DNA of 62,934 nt, the filler included, from Choristocarpus tenellus KU-1152 (Eukaryota > Protista > Phaeophyceae): NCBI GenBank assembly GCA_964200185.2. It is 8 parts of 8 records of this genome, joined end to end, with 100 filler letters (N's around TTAATTAATTAA, not from the genome) between each part and the next. Parts side by side here need not be neighbours in the genome. Positions count along the whole stretch, not along the records: positions 1 to 31,520 come from CAXNAD020000081.1; positions 31,621 to 36,654 come from CAXNAD020012101.1; 6 more parts are not named here. One strand, 5' to 3'. Under the pieces are notes generated by a model. The model searched no databases. It was given only the letters and a program-made list of their open reading frames with translations, and had not been told where the DNA came from. Each line of letters starts with the position of its first letter. The first letter of the stretch is position 1. Both the position numbers and the translations under genes were made by a program. Positions 24,201-36,037 of this stretch are shown piece by piece.

Positions 24201-26519
24201 GTTCTCCATCGTTGATTTGATTTTTTGTTGTGTCTCGTAGATCCATTGCCATCGCCTTCTCTGCAAAGCTTTCAATGGAAGTTTTTGAAACATCCTCTTC
24301 TCCGTTGACACCATTGTTGACACACTTAGAGGCGGTAGTTGCAGCGACATAATCTGTGATTTCCTGTGATTTATCCGTGATTTCCTGTGATTTATCTGTG
24401 ATTTCCAACACCCCACTTCCTTCTATGTCTTCTATTACTTGAGAAAACTCTCGTTCACTTACTGGCGCGTGTGGCCCAGCCTTTGGCATTGCAGCTGCAT
24501 CTCCTTTGGGTCTATGATTGTCTAGAGGCCTCGAAAAAGACCTAGTGGAGGTTCCCAACTTTGACAGTATGAGGTCCACCCTGTTCAAATCTTCAACCTG
24601 TCGATCTGCTGGCTCACATCCACTAGAGGCAGACCTTTGCCTGCCTTCTCCCCGTGCCCTATCTCTACCTCCTAAGGTTGGCCCAGCTCGAATTCCTTTC
24701 CCTGCCCTTGACCCACTTGCTGCTCTTAGCTCCCGCCCTGCTTTTCTCCCTTCTCCTCTCCCACTTGGCAATCCCTTCACTGGTTCTGACCAAGGCCGAG
24801 TCACTCCAGTAACTTCTGTGCAGTCTGACACCAGACCTTTCCCACTCTTCCAACCCCACTGTTCACCTACGAGTGTTGAATCATCAGCTTTCCATGCCCA
24901 CTGTTCCCCAGCAGGTGTGTATACCTCTGCAAATGCATGCTCCCGCTTCCCTTGCCCAAGATTCTCCTTCCTTAAATTAAAATCATAATTTGGTGTGTTC
25001 TGCCTTCTGTCCTCATTCGGTGTTGGGTCTCCAAATAACTCAGAATCAGTAGTGGACCTGTGAACACAGTTTGTTGCACCAGCCGTAAGGCAAGAATAAT
25101 TCAAGTGGGGGATGGGAGAGAAATAGCGCCATAATGCCAACATTGAGGGACACATAAATCAATAAAGCAGCATACATGCCACATTGACGCCTTTTAAAAC
25201 ACAAAAATTTGGTAGCCAAACATCAATACTGCACACATACTAAGTTTCTCTTTCTCTTGGGAAAACATGGTTCAGATTCTGAATGTTGAATTGGCAACAT
25301 GGAGGAAGTACCTACAAGAAAGGGAATGTTCTGCCCACCACATCCAAACAGTTCTCAAAAGCTTGAATATTTCATAATCTTGATACATTTTTGATTGAAG
25401 TTTGTATATTTGAATTATAATTTCACAAAAATTGAAGTTTTGTGAATAGCCAAAATTCAATCGAATCAATCATTGAAAATCAAAATAGCACCAAATATCA
25501 TTATCAGAACTTTTGAATCAGCCAACTGTCTTCTCATGTGCATGCGCACTACCCGATTTTATTCAACTTGTTCAACATTCTATCACAGTCATCTTGTGAC
25601 ACTCATTGAATCACATTCATTGCCTCACATGCTGTAACCACACTTCAATTTAATCAAGGACAAAGCATCATTCAGCCAGTTTGTGACAATCGAGAATTAT
25701 CTCTATCCACAAGCCTAGAAAAGTCTCATTTTGAACAATTGGTCAGATATAGTGAGCAGCACACCTCCACATGGGTTTTTCTTCCTTACGCCATCAAACT
25801 ATCACAAGAAAAATAGACCACATACAGTCCATGATAAACATGCTCTCCGTGCACATACTAGGAATTCTTAAATATCAAACCTATCAAAGTTGACCCAGAA
25901 AATAGGATACATTTGTCGTGAAAAATCCTCTATCCCCTCAACCTTGGACTGGTTCTCTCCAAAAAATGACTAATAGTTGACTCAAAACATCAATTCACAC
26001 CATGTACTACACCAAACATGGAATATCCAGCACTTGTTATGTGGGCATGCAAAATTTACCAGCACATCCAACATAGACAAGTCACACCACCAGAGAGCTC
26101 ATTACAATTGACATAGCTAGTTTAAATATCAACAGAACGATTGTTCCCAGAAAATAAAATATAAAAAACACCAGCTCTAAAAATAACTCAAAATGATGGG
26201 ATGACAGTTACATACATTGCAGGATAAAGTGGAGAATCGAAGTACAGGAAACAGAAAGTAGCAGCATTTCCAGTGCCATCTTACCCATAAGTCATCCCTT
26301 TGGCATTAAGAACTTTCGGAATTATGACACCTCTTCTTAACCCCTTGTCAGCTTAAATTCTTGTGCAATCACAAGCATCTCAATATTACAGAGCAATAAC
26401 TGCAAGGTAGTACCAGAGGCAGGGATAGTCACTAGCTGATGATAGTTTCTAAGGACTATTGCCAATCCAAATCCTCACCTGTTTTCGTTCGATGTGCGAT
26501 TGATACCCTCATAACGCAT
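3289..26519 (-). CDS. TBC-domain Rab GTPase-activating protein (EVI5/TBC1D10/USP6NL-like), 10 coding exons
   Basis: Exons in transcript order: 26519-26479 (tentative ATG exon), 25057-23963, 21556-21466, 14960-14852, 13329-13265, 12144-12013, 7757-7614, 7135-7041, 4752-4624, 4254-4167, 3417-3289 (11 if the tentative first exon is counted). All introns are GT-AG with compatible phases. Motifs: VDHYGF, KETSRTEKW, RRVRKGIPDSVRGEVW, arginine finger IEEDVPRT, glutamine finger YCQGMNY, EENAFW, YATQWFLT.F, LVTRVWDIFL.E. Ends in TGA at 3291-3289. Confidence 0.93.
8742..8850 (+). mobile_element. Possible tRNA-derived SINE head remnant
   Basis: Pol III A-box-like TGGCTCAGTGG follows GCCCTTG. There is no clean B box or cloverleaf. 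Confidence 0.25.
9568..9634 (-). mobile_element. tRNA(Val)-like SINE head or tRNA pseudogene in a TBC intron
   Basis: Minus strand shows A-box-like TGGAACAGCGG, anticodon-loop-like TTCACAC, B box GGATCGAATCC and 3' CTGGACCC. The stems do not fold into a proper cloverleaf. Confidence 0.5.
9599..9733. repeat. 36-bp inverted repeat (9599-9634 / 9698-9733, 1 mismatch) with a 63-bp loop
   Basis: cttgggtgtgaaacattcagagaccgctgttccact versus agtggaacagtggtctctgaatgtttcacacccaag. The loop holds three more GTTCCACT units. Confidence 0.9.
9886..10000. repeat. 27-bp minisatellite, ~4 copies
   Basis: Unit CAACTTTAGCCATTGCAACATTTAGGA. One copy carries a 3-nt insertion. Confidence 0.9.
11041..11338. repeat. 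26-bp minisatellite, ~11.5 copies
   Basis: Unit ACAACCTTGTGGATG(T/C)TAGTGGTTCA, head-to-tail with no spacers. Confidence 0.95.
20783..21157 (+). pseudogene. Relic ORF of unknown family (copy 1), antisense within a TBC intron
   Basis: 124-codon open frame with CESESFV.IH, GVGQIFRQ.DEM, VICTTC, CK.LWR.SNQ. Homologous to 28970-29290. Confidence 0.45.
23607..23872. mobile_element. MITE (family with ...AAGTATCT / AGATACTTTG termini), long subtype
   Basis: Collinear along its whole length with 54128-54385. Has terminal inverted repeats and an internal 19-bp-arm palindrome at 23688-23727. Confidence 0.8.
24350..24405 (-). repeat. In-frame 21-bp coding repeat (EITDKSQ x~2.6) in the TBC N-terminal exon
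   Basis: Translation LEITDKSQEITDKSQEITDY. Confidence 0.85.
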
Positions 26520-28659
26520 TGCCCCCTGGTCGAGAAGTGGCAGTGGTGAGAAAGACGTGAGGGGTGATCCGGGTCTTGAAGCCAGGTAAGGGATGTTTTA
26601 CATGGAAGCCAGCACGGCTGGAAGTTGTGGGATATCAATGTATTTGATATAATTGTTAAATTGTCAACCAACGAAGCTGAGGTAGAAATGGGGACAAAGG
26701 AAGGAAGAGATACTTTGTAGGGTGGATTCGTACACTCCAACAAAAGTGGACATTACACGAGACATTCCGGAACTGATCGTATGACCTTAAATGCACAAAG
26801 CACATCACAAAGAGACAAAACACAAGTGAGGGAAAAGGTCGAAAAAAACAACTATCCTCCAATGCTGACATACCAGGGTGCTTGCGACGTCGGTTCGCCT
26901 TCGTCTTCTCCCAAGCGTAACGAGTATAGATGTACCACGATCTTGTCAAACCCCAAGCAATTTAAGTATAAAATTTGACCATTTGTTCTTGTTAATCAGG
27001 ACCGAAGAAAATGACAGCCTGTTACTACCGATCCATGAAAATGGGCAAGGACCTAGACATACCCTACCGTGGAGTTCGTTAAGACTGAATCGATTGAATT
27101 TCAACACCCTAGGCATTTTTATTGAGTCAGCCATGCAGGTACGTAAACCAATGTCAATACCTGCATCACGTCAAGCGCATTTGGGTGAACATCAAAAGTA
27201 TAACAATCGCCATGGAATCGCAAAGGGAAAGGTCCCAGTAAGTCATCAAACCAGGAGGGCCGAACGAGATCAGTCAGGGTGCTTCATTGTTGAGCAAGCA
27301 TAAAACTAGCGAAGCTTAACAAGCCACAATGAGAAGGGCAGAGGGAAAGGTAAGACGAGACCGTTGGAATCAAGGGTGTCATCGCACGCCTTCAACGACT
27401 CCTCACTCGGCACAGAATCGTACCTTACTAATGATAGAAAGGCCAAACACATCAAGCTATACCCTCCTCGCTATTTTCGTGGGCCACTCCTCCATTGCCG
27501 ACCCCCACGAACTTCGTCCCACTTCAACAACTTGCCTCCAATCACTTCCCCTCCTTCACCATCTCCCATGACCACATTTTACTGAATTTGCACTGGGTGT
27601 GGAAGCATAACGGCAAGGTTAGATGATGGGGGTAGATGTATTTATATATACTTTCATTGAGGTAATATTCAATAATACAACTAAAATAATAGTGTTCGCT
27701 TTATATAGGTTCCTAAAATTAGTAGTAGTAGTAGTAGATTTGAAAGGCGACAAAATCGGGTTGTCCCAGTTCCACCACCAATTTCAAGGGTTTACAAATT
27801 TCTTATAGGGAAGTTGTTCCATAAATTCCTATCTTGTGGGCATCCACGAGAGAAAAACAAGGTGAAGAAGGGAGGGTACCCAACTCTCTCGCACATACCT
27901 AAACCCTAAGAGGGACAGGTCGGCGACAGGCTCCTTATGTCTCTGTGCTCAAGGAATCTCATCTTGAAGTCTAAATGGTACTTGGAATACGTCTATAAAC
28001 TAACTATATATACCTACTACTATTACGACCGAGGACGAGAGCCGATAGTGGTAACCACAGAAAGAGAGAGGGATGAACAAGAATTGCTCACCTTTTTTTA
28101 ATAGGTGAGAGGGACCCAAAGAGTCCGTGGGAGGGATAAATAGGTCCCCTGGGACACCTAGACCCGTTAGGACAATCATGGACAAGACAGGAGATTATAT
28201 ACATAGTGATTTCAGAAGGAATATCTATCATTCTAAGAAAAATGTAATGCAAATAAAGGTATATTACACCCTTTCAACCCTAAGACAACATTATCATGGA
28301 TGTGGGCGAGAAGAGGCTTAACAAATTATTGGGATACTTCCCTACCTCCTCTTGCACGTTATTAGGGCTAAAACGATCACGGAAGTTACGGACTTACTTT
28401 GGTGTACTAAACCTGATCGTTGTATTATATATATTATTATGCCCTCTGACATTTTGAAGATGTGCCAGGGGGAAAACTAATGAAAATTTTTTACATATCT
28501 GAAAATCCCTGGAGAATTAACAGTTCTCACAAAAGTTAGAATGTTGATCTATTTCCTATTTCACTACTATGTTGTACTACTACTGCCTTCTTGTGTCTCA
28601 AACCTATTCCTGTACCCCAGGGTGAGGAGCTACAGAAACATCCCAAGAATCTAACAAAC

Positions 28660-28900
28660 CCCTACTTGCCCATCTCCCTGGTGACTCCAGTTTCAAACGC
28701 ATGACCCGTCTAGATAGGGCTACCTGCGTTATGACTGAGACTATCTCGCGTAGGCGGAATTTGAAGGCTCATTTTCTCTTGTAGCCTCCAGTTCCTCTCC
28801 CCCGTACCGCGTGTGTGGATAGCTCATCCAGGAAACGTTCCGCTTGCTTGTCGAGGCGCCCAAAACTTTCCACAGCGAAGGCGTTGAGATTATAACTATG
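28660..28900 (-). mobile_element. 3' fragment of a CRE-type non-LTR retrotransposon (end of the RLE domain), inverted relative to 29385-31520
   Basis: Reverse strand reads NAFAVESFGRLDKQAERFLDELSTH...REIVSVITQVALSRRV. Clear nucleotide similarity to 31443-31520. Confidence 0.8.
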
Positions 28901-28969
28901 GTTGTATTATTAGTTTTCAAAAAAAGAGGTTTTAGAGAGATGTGTTAGTATTGAGAACTCTTCACACAT

Positions 28970-29290
28970 CAAACTAATCAAATCCGATTTAGGACTGTAC
29001 AAATCAATTTCGAACAAATCAATGGCCTTTCCTCTCAATATGAGGTATGTACATTAGCACGTCCTCATAGATGGAAGATTTAAAAAGTGAACATTTCTAT
29101 TTGCGAATCCGAATCATTCGTAATTGTTCATATGTTTAGAGTGGCGTTGGACAAATATTCCGACAACAAGATGAAATGTGGAGATATCAAGATTGTGATT
29201 TGTACAACCTGTGGTGAGTAGTGTAAATATTATGGAGGAATTCAAATCAACATATTTCTACCAATGAACCGTTTGTACATCTTTACCACA
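28970..29290 (+). pseudogene. Relic ORF of unknown family (copy 2), frameshifted
   Basis: ICESESFVIVH, GVGQIFRQQDEM, VICTTC and LWRNSNQHISTNEPFVHL are recoverable across frameshifts. Matches 20783-21157. Confidence 0.45.
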
Positions 29291-29384
29291 ACATGTAAAA
29301 GTGGTAAGTTCAAATATGTGCCCATGTTTCATACATGGGTGTACGGTACGATAAATACTCGTACATAGTTTTGACAGAGTGGTG

Positions 29385-31520
29385 GAATGTCCGCAATTGG
29401 GGAGAAGTGTCGCCCGGTTGCCTGCGGGTCTTTTTTCAGGAGGGCATGTGCTTCAGCTTTCTGCACAGACTGGTGCCCCTACCTAGAAGAATTTTTCGGG
29501 GGAGTAGGACAATTTGGCGTTGGGGTCCCAAATGGCAAAGAGCATGCACTCCTGGATATCCGCCAAAGGAATTAGTGCGGAGAATGGGTCATCAGTTTGG
29601 ACGGAAGGAATGCTTCCAACAGCGTAAGTCGCTCAGCTTTCATCCAAGCCCTCCCAGAGACCCTATCAGGACTCTTACCTTATGTTTCTAAGGTATATGG
29701 GAACACAAGAAATCTTCTTTTTCCCCTAGATGAGGGAGGGACGAAGATTCTACCATTGAGATCTTGGGCCCAACAGGGAGACCCACTGGGCCCCCTCTTA
29801 TATTGCATGGCAACACACAAGGCCTTGCAACAAGTCCAATCAGTCTTTGGACCCCAAGGGATTCCCTCCTGGAGCTATCTGGGTGACAAGTCCATATCTG
29901 CAAGGGGGATCAACCCTATCACCATAGCTGCTTTCGAGCAGTTAAAAACTAATCTCCATGAGGTATATTGACCTAAACATGACCTAAACATGGACAAGGC
30001 CTTTGCCGCACCTCCCCAGGGCCACCAACCCATGCCCTCGGAACTGGAGCTTCTCTCTGCAGCGGGAATCAACCTAGCCCCAAACCCCAGTGGTTTTGTC
30101 ACATTAGGGGCTCCGGTGGGAATAGATTATTTTATTTGAGCTCATATGGCGGAGGTGATCGAGAGCTCTGGGACACAAGCTTTGGCCACACACCTCAGCA
30201 AGATGAAGGATAAGCAGGTGGCCTGGCTCCTCAACTCCTGGTCCCTCTCCTCCCGACTAGGCTATCTAGTGATGGGCATTCCCCCCCTCCTGGCACGCTC
30301 CACCATGGAGCAAGCAGATAACGCCTCCTTATAGACACTAGAGAGGATAATGGAGATAGTCGACTCAACAGAGGGTACGGATTTCTTTGAGGGAGGGTGC
30401 AACAATGGGTCTCTCCGCCTAGAGACCCACCAACAAGTACAGGCACAGATGCCTACAAGTGCGGGGGATCTGGGCCTCTCCTCTATGAAACACCGCCAAC
30501 ATGCGGCTTTCGTGGGATCACCTGTGGCTACTCTCCCCACCCTCCTAGCAAGATAGCAAGGGTCTCATGGCGAGTCCTTATCACAAGTTGTATGTACGAA
30601 CCCTACAATACAGACCTTAGGATTGTCCATCCACACCCTCCTTTCTACAGGTGTCCCCTCAGAAGACCTTGCGGAAATCATTGGCCAAGACTGGGTAACC
30701 TGGGGGGAAACAACACTCCCTGCACCTGCCCCAGAGGTACATATCCTAGCTGCCCATGACGCCAGGATCACAAGGAGGGCTCAACACGAGATCACACGCC
30801 TCCTCAACAAGATCCGTTTTGACTCCTTCAGGACACTACTGGCCGGCCTTCCAAATGAGGCATACCAAGGAAGGGAAAGCTCCTCATTTGCCCTAGCGTA
30901 CCAACGGAGCCAGTGTGGACAAGGGGCAAACGCCTGGGCCTCGACTCAACCTCTGAAACCATTATGTCAGGTCCTCCCTATAGAGCCTAAGCTTACAGTC
31001 AGCGGATCCCTAGGGAGGGAGGAGGCCCTGTCAAACAGTTCCCAGCGGCAGGATGCAGGAGGCAAAATGTCGATATCAGACATGCCTGAACCTGCCCCAG
31101 GGCAGGGAGACAGGTATGACAGCACACTCCAAAGGTAAAACGCCTGCACCAACTATGCAAGGGGATGGCCATCCCTTGCACTACAGAGGATGGTAGCCCT
31201 TTCACCGTGGACAGGAATCTCCACATGAATCTGGTGTTCCACCCAGGGGCACTAGCGGATGCCGGAACAGCTCCCTACAGGGACAAAGGTCTTCTGCTAG
31301 ACATCACCTTCGCAGAGGTACAGGCAACTTCCCACCTAACCCACTCATCCAACAGCAATGGTGTAGCTGCTGCTGCAGTCAAGGTGTGAAAGTGCACCCA
31401 CTACGAGGGCTCCTTTGATCCTCGCTGTTATACTTCAACACCTTCACAGTGGAAAGTTTTGGGCGCCTCGGCAAGCAAGTTGAATGCTTCCTGGATGAGC
31501 TGGCTACTCACATGGTAGGG
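29385..31520 (+). mobile_element. Decayed, 5'-truncated CRE-type (RT + restriction-like endonuclease) non-LTR retrotransposon
   Basis: RT motifs RPVACGSFFRR, QFGVGVPNG.EH, LDGRNASNSVSR, QQGDPLGPLLY, YLGD (for YLDD), LGAPVG, GDLGL. RLE motifs LLLDIT and VESFGRLG...FLDEL. Several stops and frameshifts; cut by the contig end. Confidence 0.88.
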
Positions 31521-31620
31521 NNNNNNNNNNNNNNNNNNNNNNNNNNNNNNNNNNNNNNNNNNNNTTAATTAATTAANNNNNNNNNNNNNNNNNNNNNNNN
31601 NNNNNNNNNNNNNNNNNNNN
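31521..31620. other. Artificial contig spacer N44-TTAATTAATTAA-N44; also at 36655-36754, 42852-42951, 46400-46499, 50213-50312, 55452-55551, 60142-60241
   Basis: Seven identical 100-nt blocks. TTAATTAATTAA gives stops in all six frames. Confidence 0.98.
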
Positions 31621-32876
31621 GGTGGATGCGGTGGAAGGGGGTGGAATGCGGGATATTTATGCTTGGGGGGGGGGGGGGGGGGGGGGGGGGGTTTGGGACA
31701 AATGCATGATGTCCTCCATGTCTCCCCAGTTCAGTAGCAAACACAAATACCTTGATGCAAATTCGCTTTTCTTGAAAATTGAGTACAACATTTTGCTCAA
31801 CTTTTATGGCCTATGATATTGATGCAATAAGCAGTCCTAACTGTAGTTAACAGGTTTTGTTGTGTTGTTGGGAGGGACAAACGAAATTGTAGGTGAAACC
31901 ACCACCTCCCACCCCTTCATACATTATACATCTCACCCACCCTCCATACAACTTAAAGATAACTCCATTAAAACGGTAACCCTAATCCTAACGGTAGAAC
32001 AGAACACTAGACAAACAGAACACTAGACAATTCCCTCTCAGTGTAGTCTCAACCTCCAAATATAATCAACTGCTTTACACTCTCCAAGCCATCACTCCTA
32101 GCAACAACCCTAACCATAACCCTAACCTCAAACTCAACCTGAGAAGAAAAAAGTCCAAAACCTCCAACATAAACCCAAAAGACATTAAATTAAGCTACCT
32201 TTCCTTACTCCTTGAATCAGATCAACACCACAGGCCAACTCTATCCCCCTGTCTCACCTCACATAGCAACCTGCAACCAACACAAAAAAAAAAAACATTC
32301 CGACCCCTGAAAGGTACGAATACTGAACAAATCAACCTTCAGCAAACACCCTCCACAGGCAACAATTGCACAAATGTTAACCATCTTCCCGTCAACCCTT
32401 CAACAATTACATTAAACACCTAACGCCAACATCAACACCAAACATCAGATCTCACTTAAGAAGATTCTTAGTCCATTCCAACTCTACTTCATGACAACCT
32501 CTGATGTATCCCCAAACCGTAACGACCCAATCTAAGACATCCAATCTTATCAACATGTCTACTGTAAGAACCATTGACCTACATCTACTTGTTGCTTGAC
32601 CCCCATACAAACTTCCTCGCCCTTCAAACGAACCACATACGCGAGTCCAACCTCAATCCCTGAACAAATTTCCTTGAGCTAAACAACACCTCTTCCTGAC
32701 CTTGATTCGAACCCTAATCCCTAAACCCTTAACTCTCACCCCACTGAAGTATTGGAAGTCAGTACAACTTGACCTGGGCAAGTCCACTGTGGTTCCAAAA
32801 GAAATAATCAATATCTCAATATTACACATCCTTTGCCCTAAGGAAAGAAACCACATAGTTTTGTATCCCTACTCAC

Positions 32877-34330
32877 TCTGAGCACTTCCACTCCGCCTGC
32901 AAGAAGTACTATCAGGAGCTGTTGGAAAACGTCACAGAGCCCCAAAGAGAGGGTTAAATATGTAGTGGTTGCAACAAGAGCAGGGAAGTGGGGACATGCG
33001 TGTGGAAGAGGGGGGAAGGGAGTCCAAAGATGAGAGTTGTAATCAGTCAACGGCAGTGTCCTTCAACTGGTATGATGTCAAGGCAGAGAAATGATGGGGC
33101 GATGTCGGGAATGGCAGGAAATTACAGCTCGGTGACAGGGGGACTACCATGCCCTCAAGCAAGAAAAAACAGGAGGAATCAAACCTGGTGCCATCCATTT
33201 AGAGAATGACAGCATTCTGGTCAAATTCTCCACACATGCATCAGACACCATTCGCAATATCAAGATCTAGATTGCTGTATGAAACTAAGACTTTTACCTA
33301 ATACCCTGTATTAAAAGTTTGTGTGTTCATCACATGCATTACAACGTGTGACGAGTATTTTGAAAGCAATCAGCTATACTTTTTAGGGAATGCAATAGGT
33401 GTATAAACGCTCAGGTGATTTACTACGAAAAAATATTCCAACGTGATTATTCAATTCTTAACTGAACGAAGATGGGAGGCCAGAAAATCACTCCCTCTAC
33501 TTCATCGCTAGACATCGCTCACATAAGCGTCTAGCATGTTGCTAACCACCGCCTTTCCAGAGCAACGAGAACCACAGCAACAACTGTGAGAAAGATTATC
33601 TATATAGGAAAATATGTGTTCCATTGATTCTGGCGTTCCTACAGTGCGAAACCATCCCAGGAACCCACCTGGAAACCGTTCCAAAACTCCGACCCCGCGG
33701 CATTTTCTTCAGTACTAAGCACGACGAGGGGCATGTCTAATTAGAACTCCCCACAAACATGACTTCCGATGTCTCAACCGTGAAATGTATAAATCGACGG
33801 ATCACTTCGAGGAAGCACAGAAGCAGAAAAATGTCAAGTTTTCACCTTGATGAACTACCGAAGAGGTCTTGAATGGAGGACAATATACAATCACAAGAAC
33901 GATCGTCAGCTATGGTCTTGAATGGAGTAATCATAAAATCTAGAATGGTGCCAGGAATAGAACAGGTCCCTCCATCGATCATCTCGTTCCACTACCTTTG
34001 TCTACATTTTCCAAACTATGAAGTCTAATATCAACGGTGTCGGCCTTTTACACTTATATTCATCTGGAAGCAAATGATTCAAAAAGAGAGGTACCTCCGA
34101 TTACAGATCCCATTCAGTGACTCGCTCCTCACCAGAAACCAGAGAGCAAGCCCACAGCAGAGCCCACAGCAAGAGCAGCAGGGGCGCTTGACCTCGGTCT
34201 TGGCGTAGAAAAAAAGAGTACATTCATGCTCTCCATCTTTGTCATCGGCATTAAGAATGTTTGCATGTGAACCCTCAGAATGTCCAGATGCGCCAATTGG
34301 TCCAGCCTCGGAATCTGCCACCGCACTCAT
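32877..34330 (-). CDS. 5' exons (34330-34133, 32918-32877) of an unidentified membrane protein
   Basis: ATG in accATG context, donor TTTCTG|gtgagg, acceptor ccaacag|, donor |gtgagt. The phase-0 join gives RPCCSCCGLCCGLALWFL|LLIVLLAGGVEVLR, a Cys-rich segment plus a hydrophobic helix. Confidence 0.5.
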
Positions 34331-34435
34331 GGTAGTGATACCTTCTACCCTCACACACACCAACAATGTTATTGACCTGAAGGAATGATCAACGAGGTTA
34401 TTCAGACAGCCTGCATGATACAGAGTGGAAAACTG

Positions 34436-34851
34436 GAATTCTGCGCTATTTACCGCAAACTCCTCTTCCACAATATATAAAGATATATATCCATATATAG
34501 ATGGGAACAGATATTTTCAAGGCATAATAATATTTCATATTCCTTACCTACACCTCTCTTTTTGGGATCTTCTAACATTGAGAAAGATAAAACACGCACG
34601 CAGTTCGAACAATTTTCGCGCGACATCATGAAGCCGTGACGGCAAACAAACCCAAACGATGCGGCGTGAGTCGGTTGCACCACCTGCTCACGATAATAAT
34701 TCCTACGTGAATTGTGGATTACAAAGACATACTGTACATATATGTACACATACATGTGAATTAGAAGGAGCAAAACTTGAGATTATGTTTTCGTTCTGAC
34801 TGGTCACACAACCAACCACCCTATATTCATCCACATACCACCCACAACCTA

Positions 34852-34883
<32 letters not shown>

Positions 34884-35335
34884 AACCATGTTTGTGGTTT
34901 GAAGGAATGATCAAAAAATATTAGTCACACTGTACATAATACATGGGAGAACCCCTATTTCTGCACATTTCACCGCAAATTTTTCTTCCACGACGTATCT
35001 ATAAATGCATGGAGAGGGCTTTTTTTACATCTCTCTAACAATTTTCCCACAAAATGATCAATAGCATACAGTTTCAAATAATACTACGTTTTGTATATCT
35101 TACATGTCCCTTTTCGAGATCTTCCAACATTGAAAAGGTTATTTCGCGCAGCTTGAACTATATAGCTTGAACTATATGCGCGTAAGACCTTCAAACCGTG
35201 ACAACAATTCAACCCAAATAATGCGGTGTGCCTCAGACGCGCGATGCTCACGATAATAATCGGCACATCAATTGTGAATTAGAATGAGAAAAACATGATA
35301 TTCTGTTTTTCTGTTCTGACTAGTCAAAATCAATC
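34436..35335. repeat. Diverged tandem duplication, ~380-bp units (34436-34815 / 34955-35335)
   Basis: Shared blocks in the same order: accgcaaa..tcttccac, gatctt.aacattga, ccgtgac, aacccaaa..atgcgg, tgctcacgataataat, gtgaattagaa, gttctgact.gtca. Confidence 0.7.
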
Positions 35336-36037
35336 ACACTAGATTGATCCACAACATTCCTCAGTCTAACTTCCTTATCTCATCAACCACCATTACACAT
35401 AACAAAACCCCATTATTACAGTGGACTCAAACTACGGGTCGAACCTCGGATGTTGGCTTTATCAGAGTTGACATTCTTTCATATTACATTGAAAGTTTGA
35501 GTTCATCAAAATGACTCTTTATTGTTCATATATTTATTGCTTTTATCATTTTACATAGGAGGTTAGAAACATATTCCGGATCCGGTCTCACGAAACTATA
35601 CTTAATATACTTAACTTTACATTTTCAGATGTATGATGGAGATGGGTACGTCGGAAAAGATTTCGGTTACACTTACCAATATATATTCTTCTTAAGAAAG
35701 ACAAAGAGTTTTCAGGAATCACCTTGACGTACTCCCATCTATGGTTGGAATAAATATACTGAAAAACAAAAAAAACACTGTTCCAATAGAACTGATTGTG
35801 TAATAAAGCGATCCAAAAAACAATGGTTTGGTGAAAAACTGAACGTGAAGAAGAGAACTGGAATAATGTGACTGAATAAAAAATGTGACTGAAGAGAGTT
35901 AGTTATCCGATAGATTTCATTTCGATTTTACCGAAGCCTTGTATTGTACATACCAGACCTCCACCATCACACCACTCGACCGTAACGCCTAACCCTCGAA
36001 AGTCAATACCGATACAAGATTCTTGGAACACTGAATC

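Noticed and set aside
23761-25155. 464-aa stand-alone ORF
   Set aside because: It is the large N-terminal exon of the TBC gene (25057-23963) read through into intron and MITE sequence.
31565-31576. Recurrent TTAATTAATTAA as a biological motif
   Set aside because: It is always centred in exactly 44+44 Ns, so it is an assembly linker.
35430-35490. tRNA-Ile gene on the minus strand
   Set aside because: A B box (GGTTCGACCC) and a CTGATAA loop are present, but the anticodon and acceptor stems do not pair. At most a SINE remnant.
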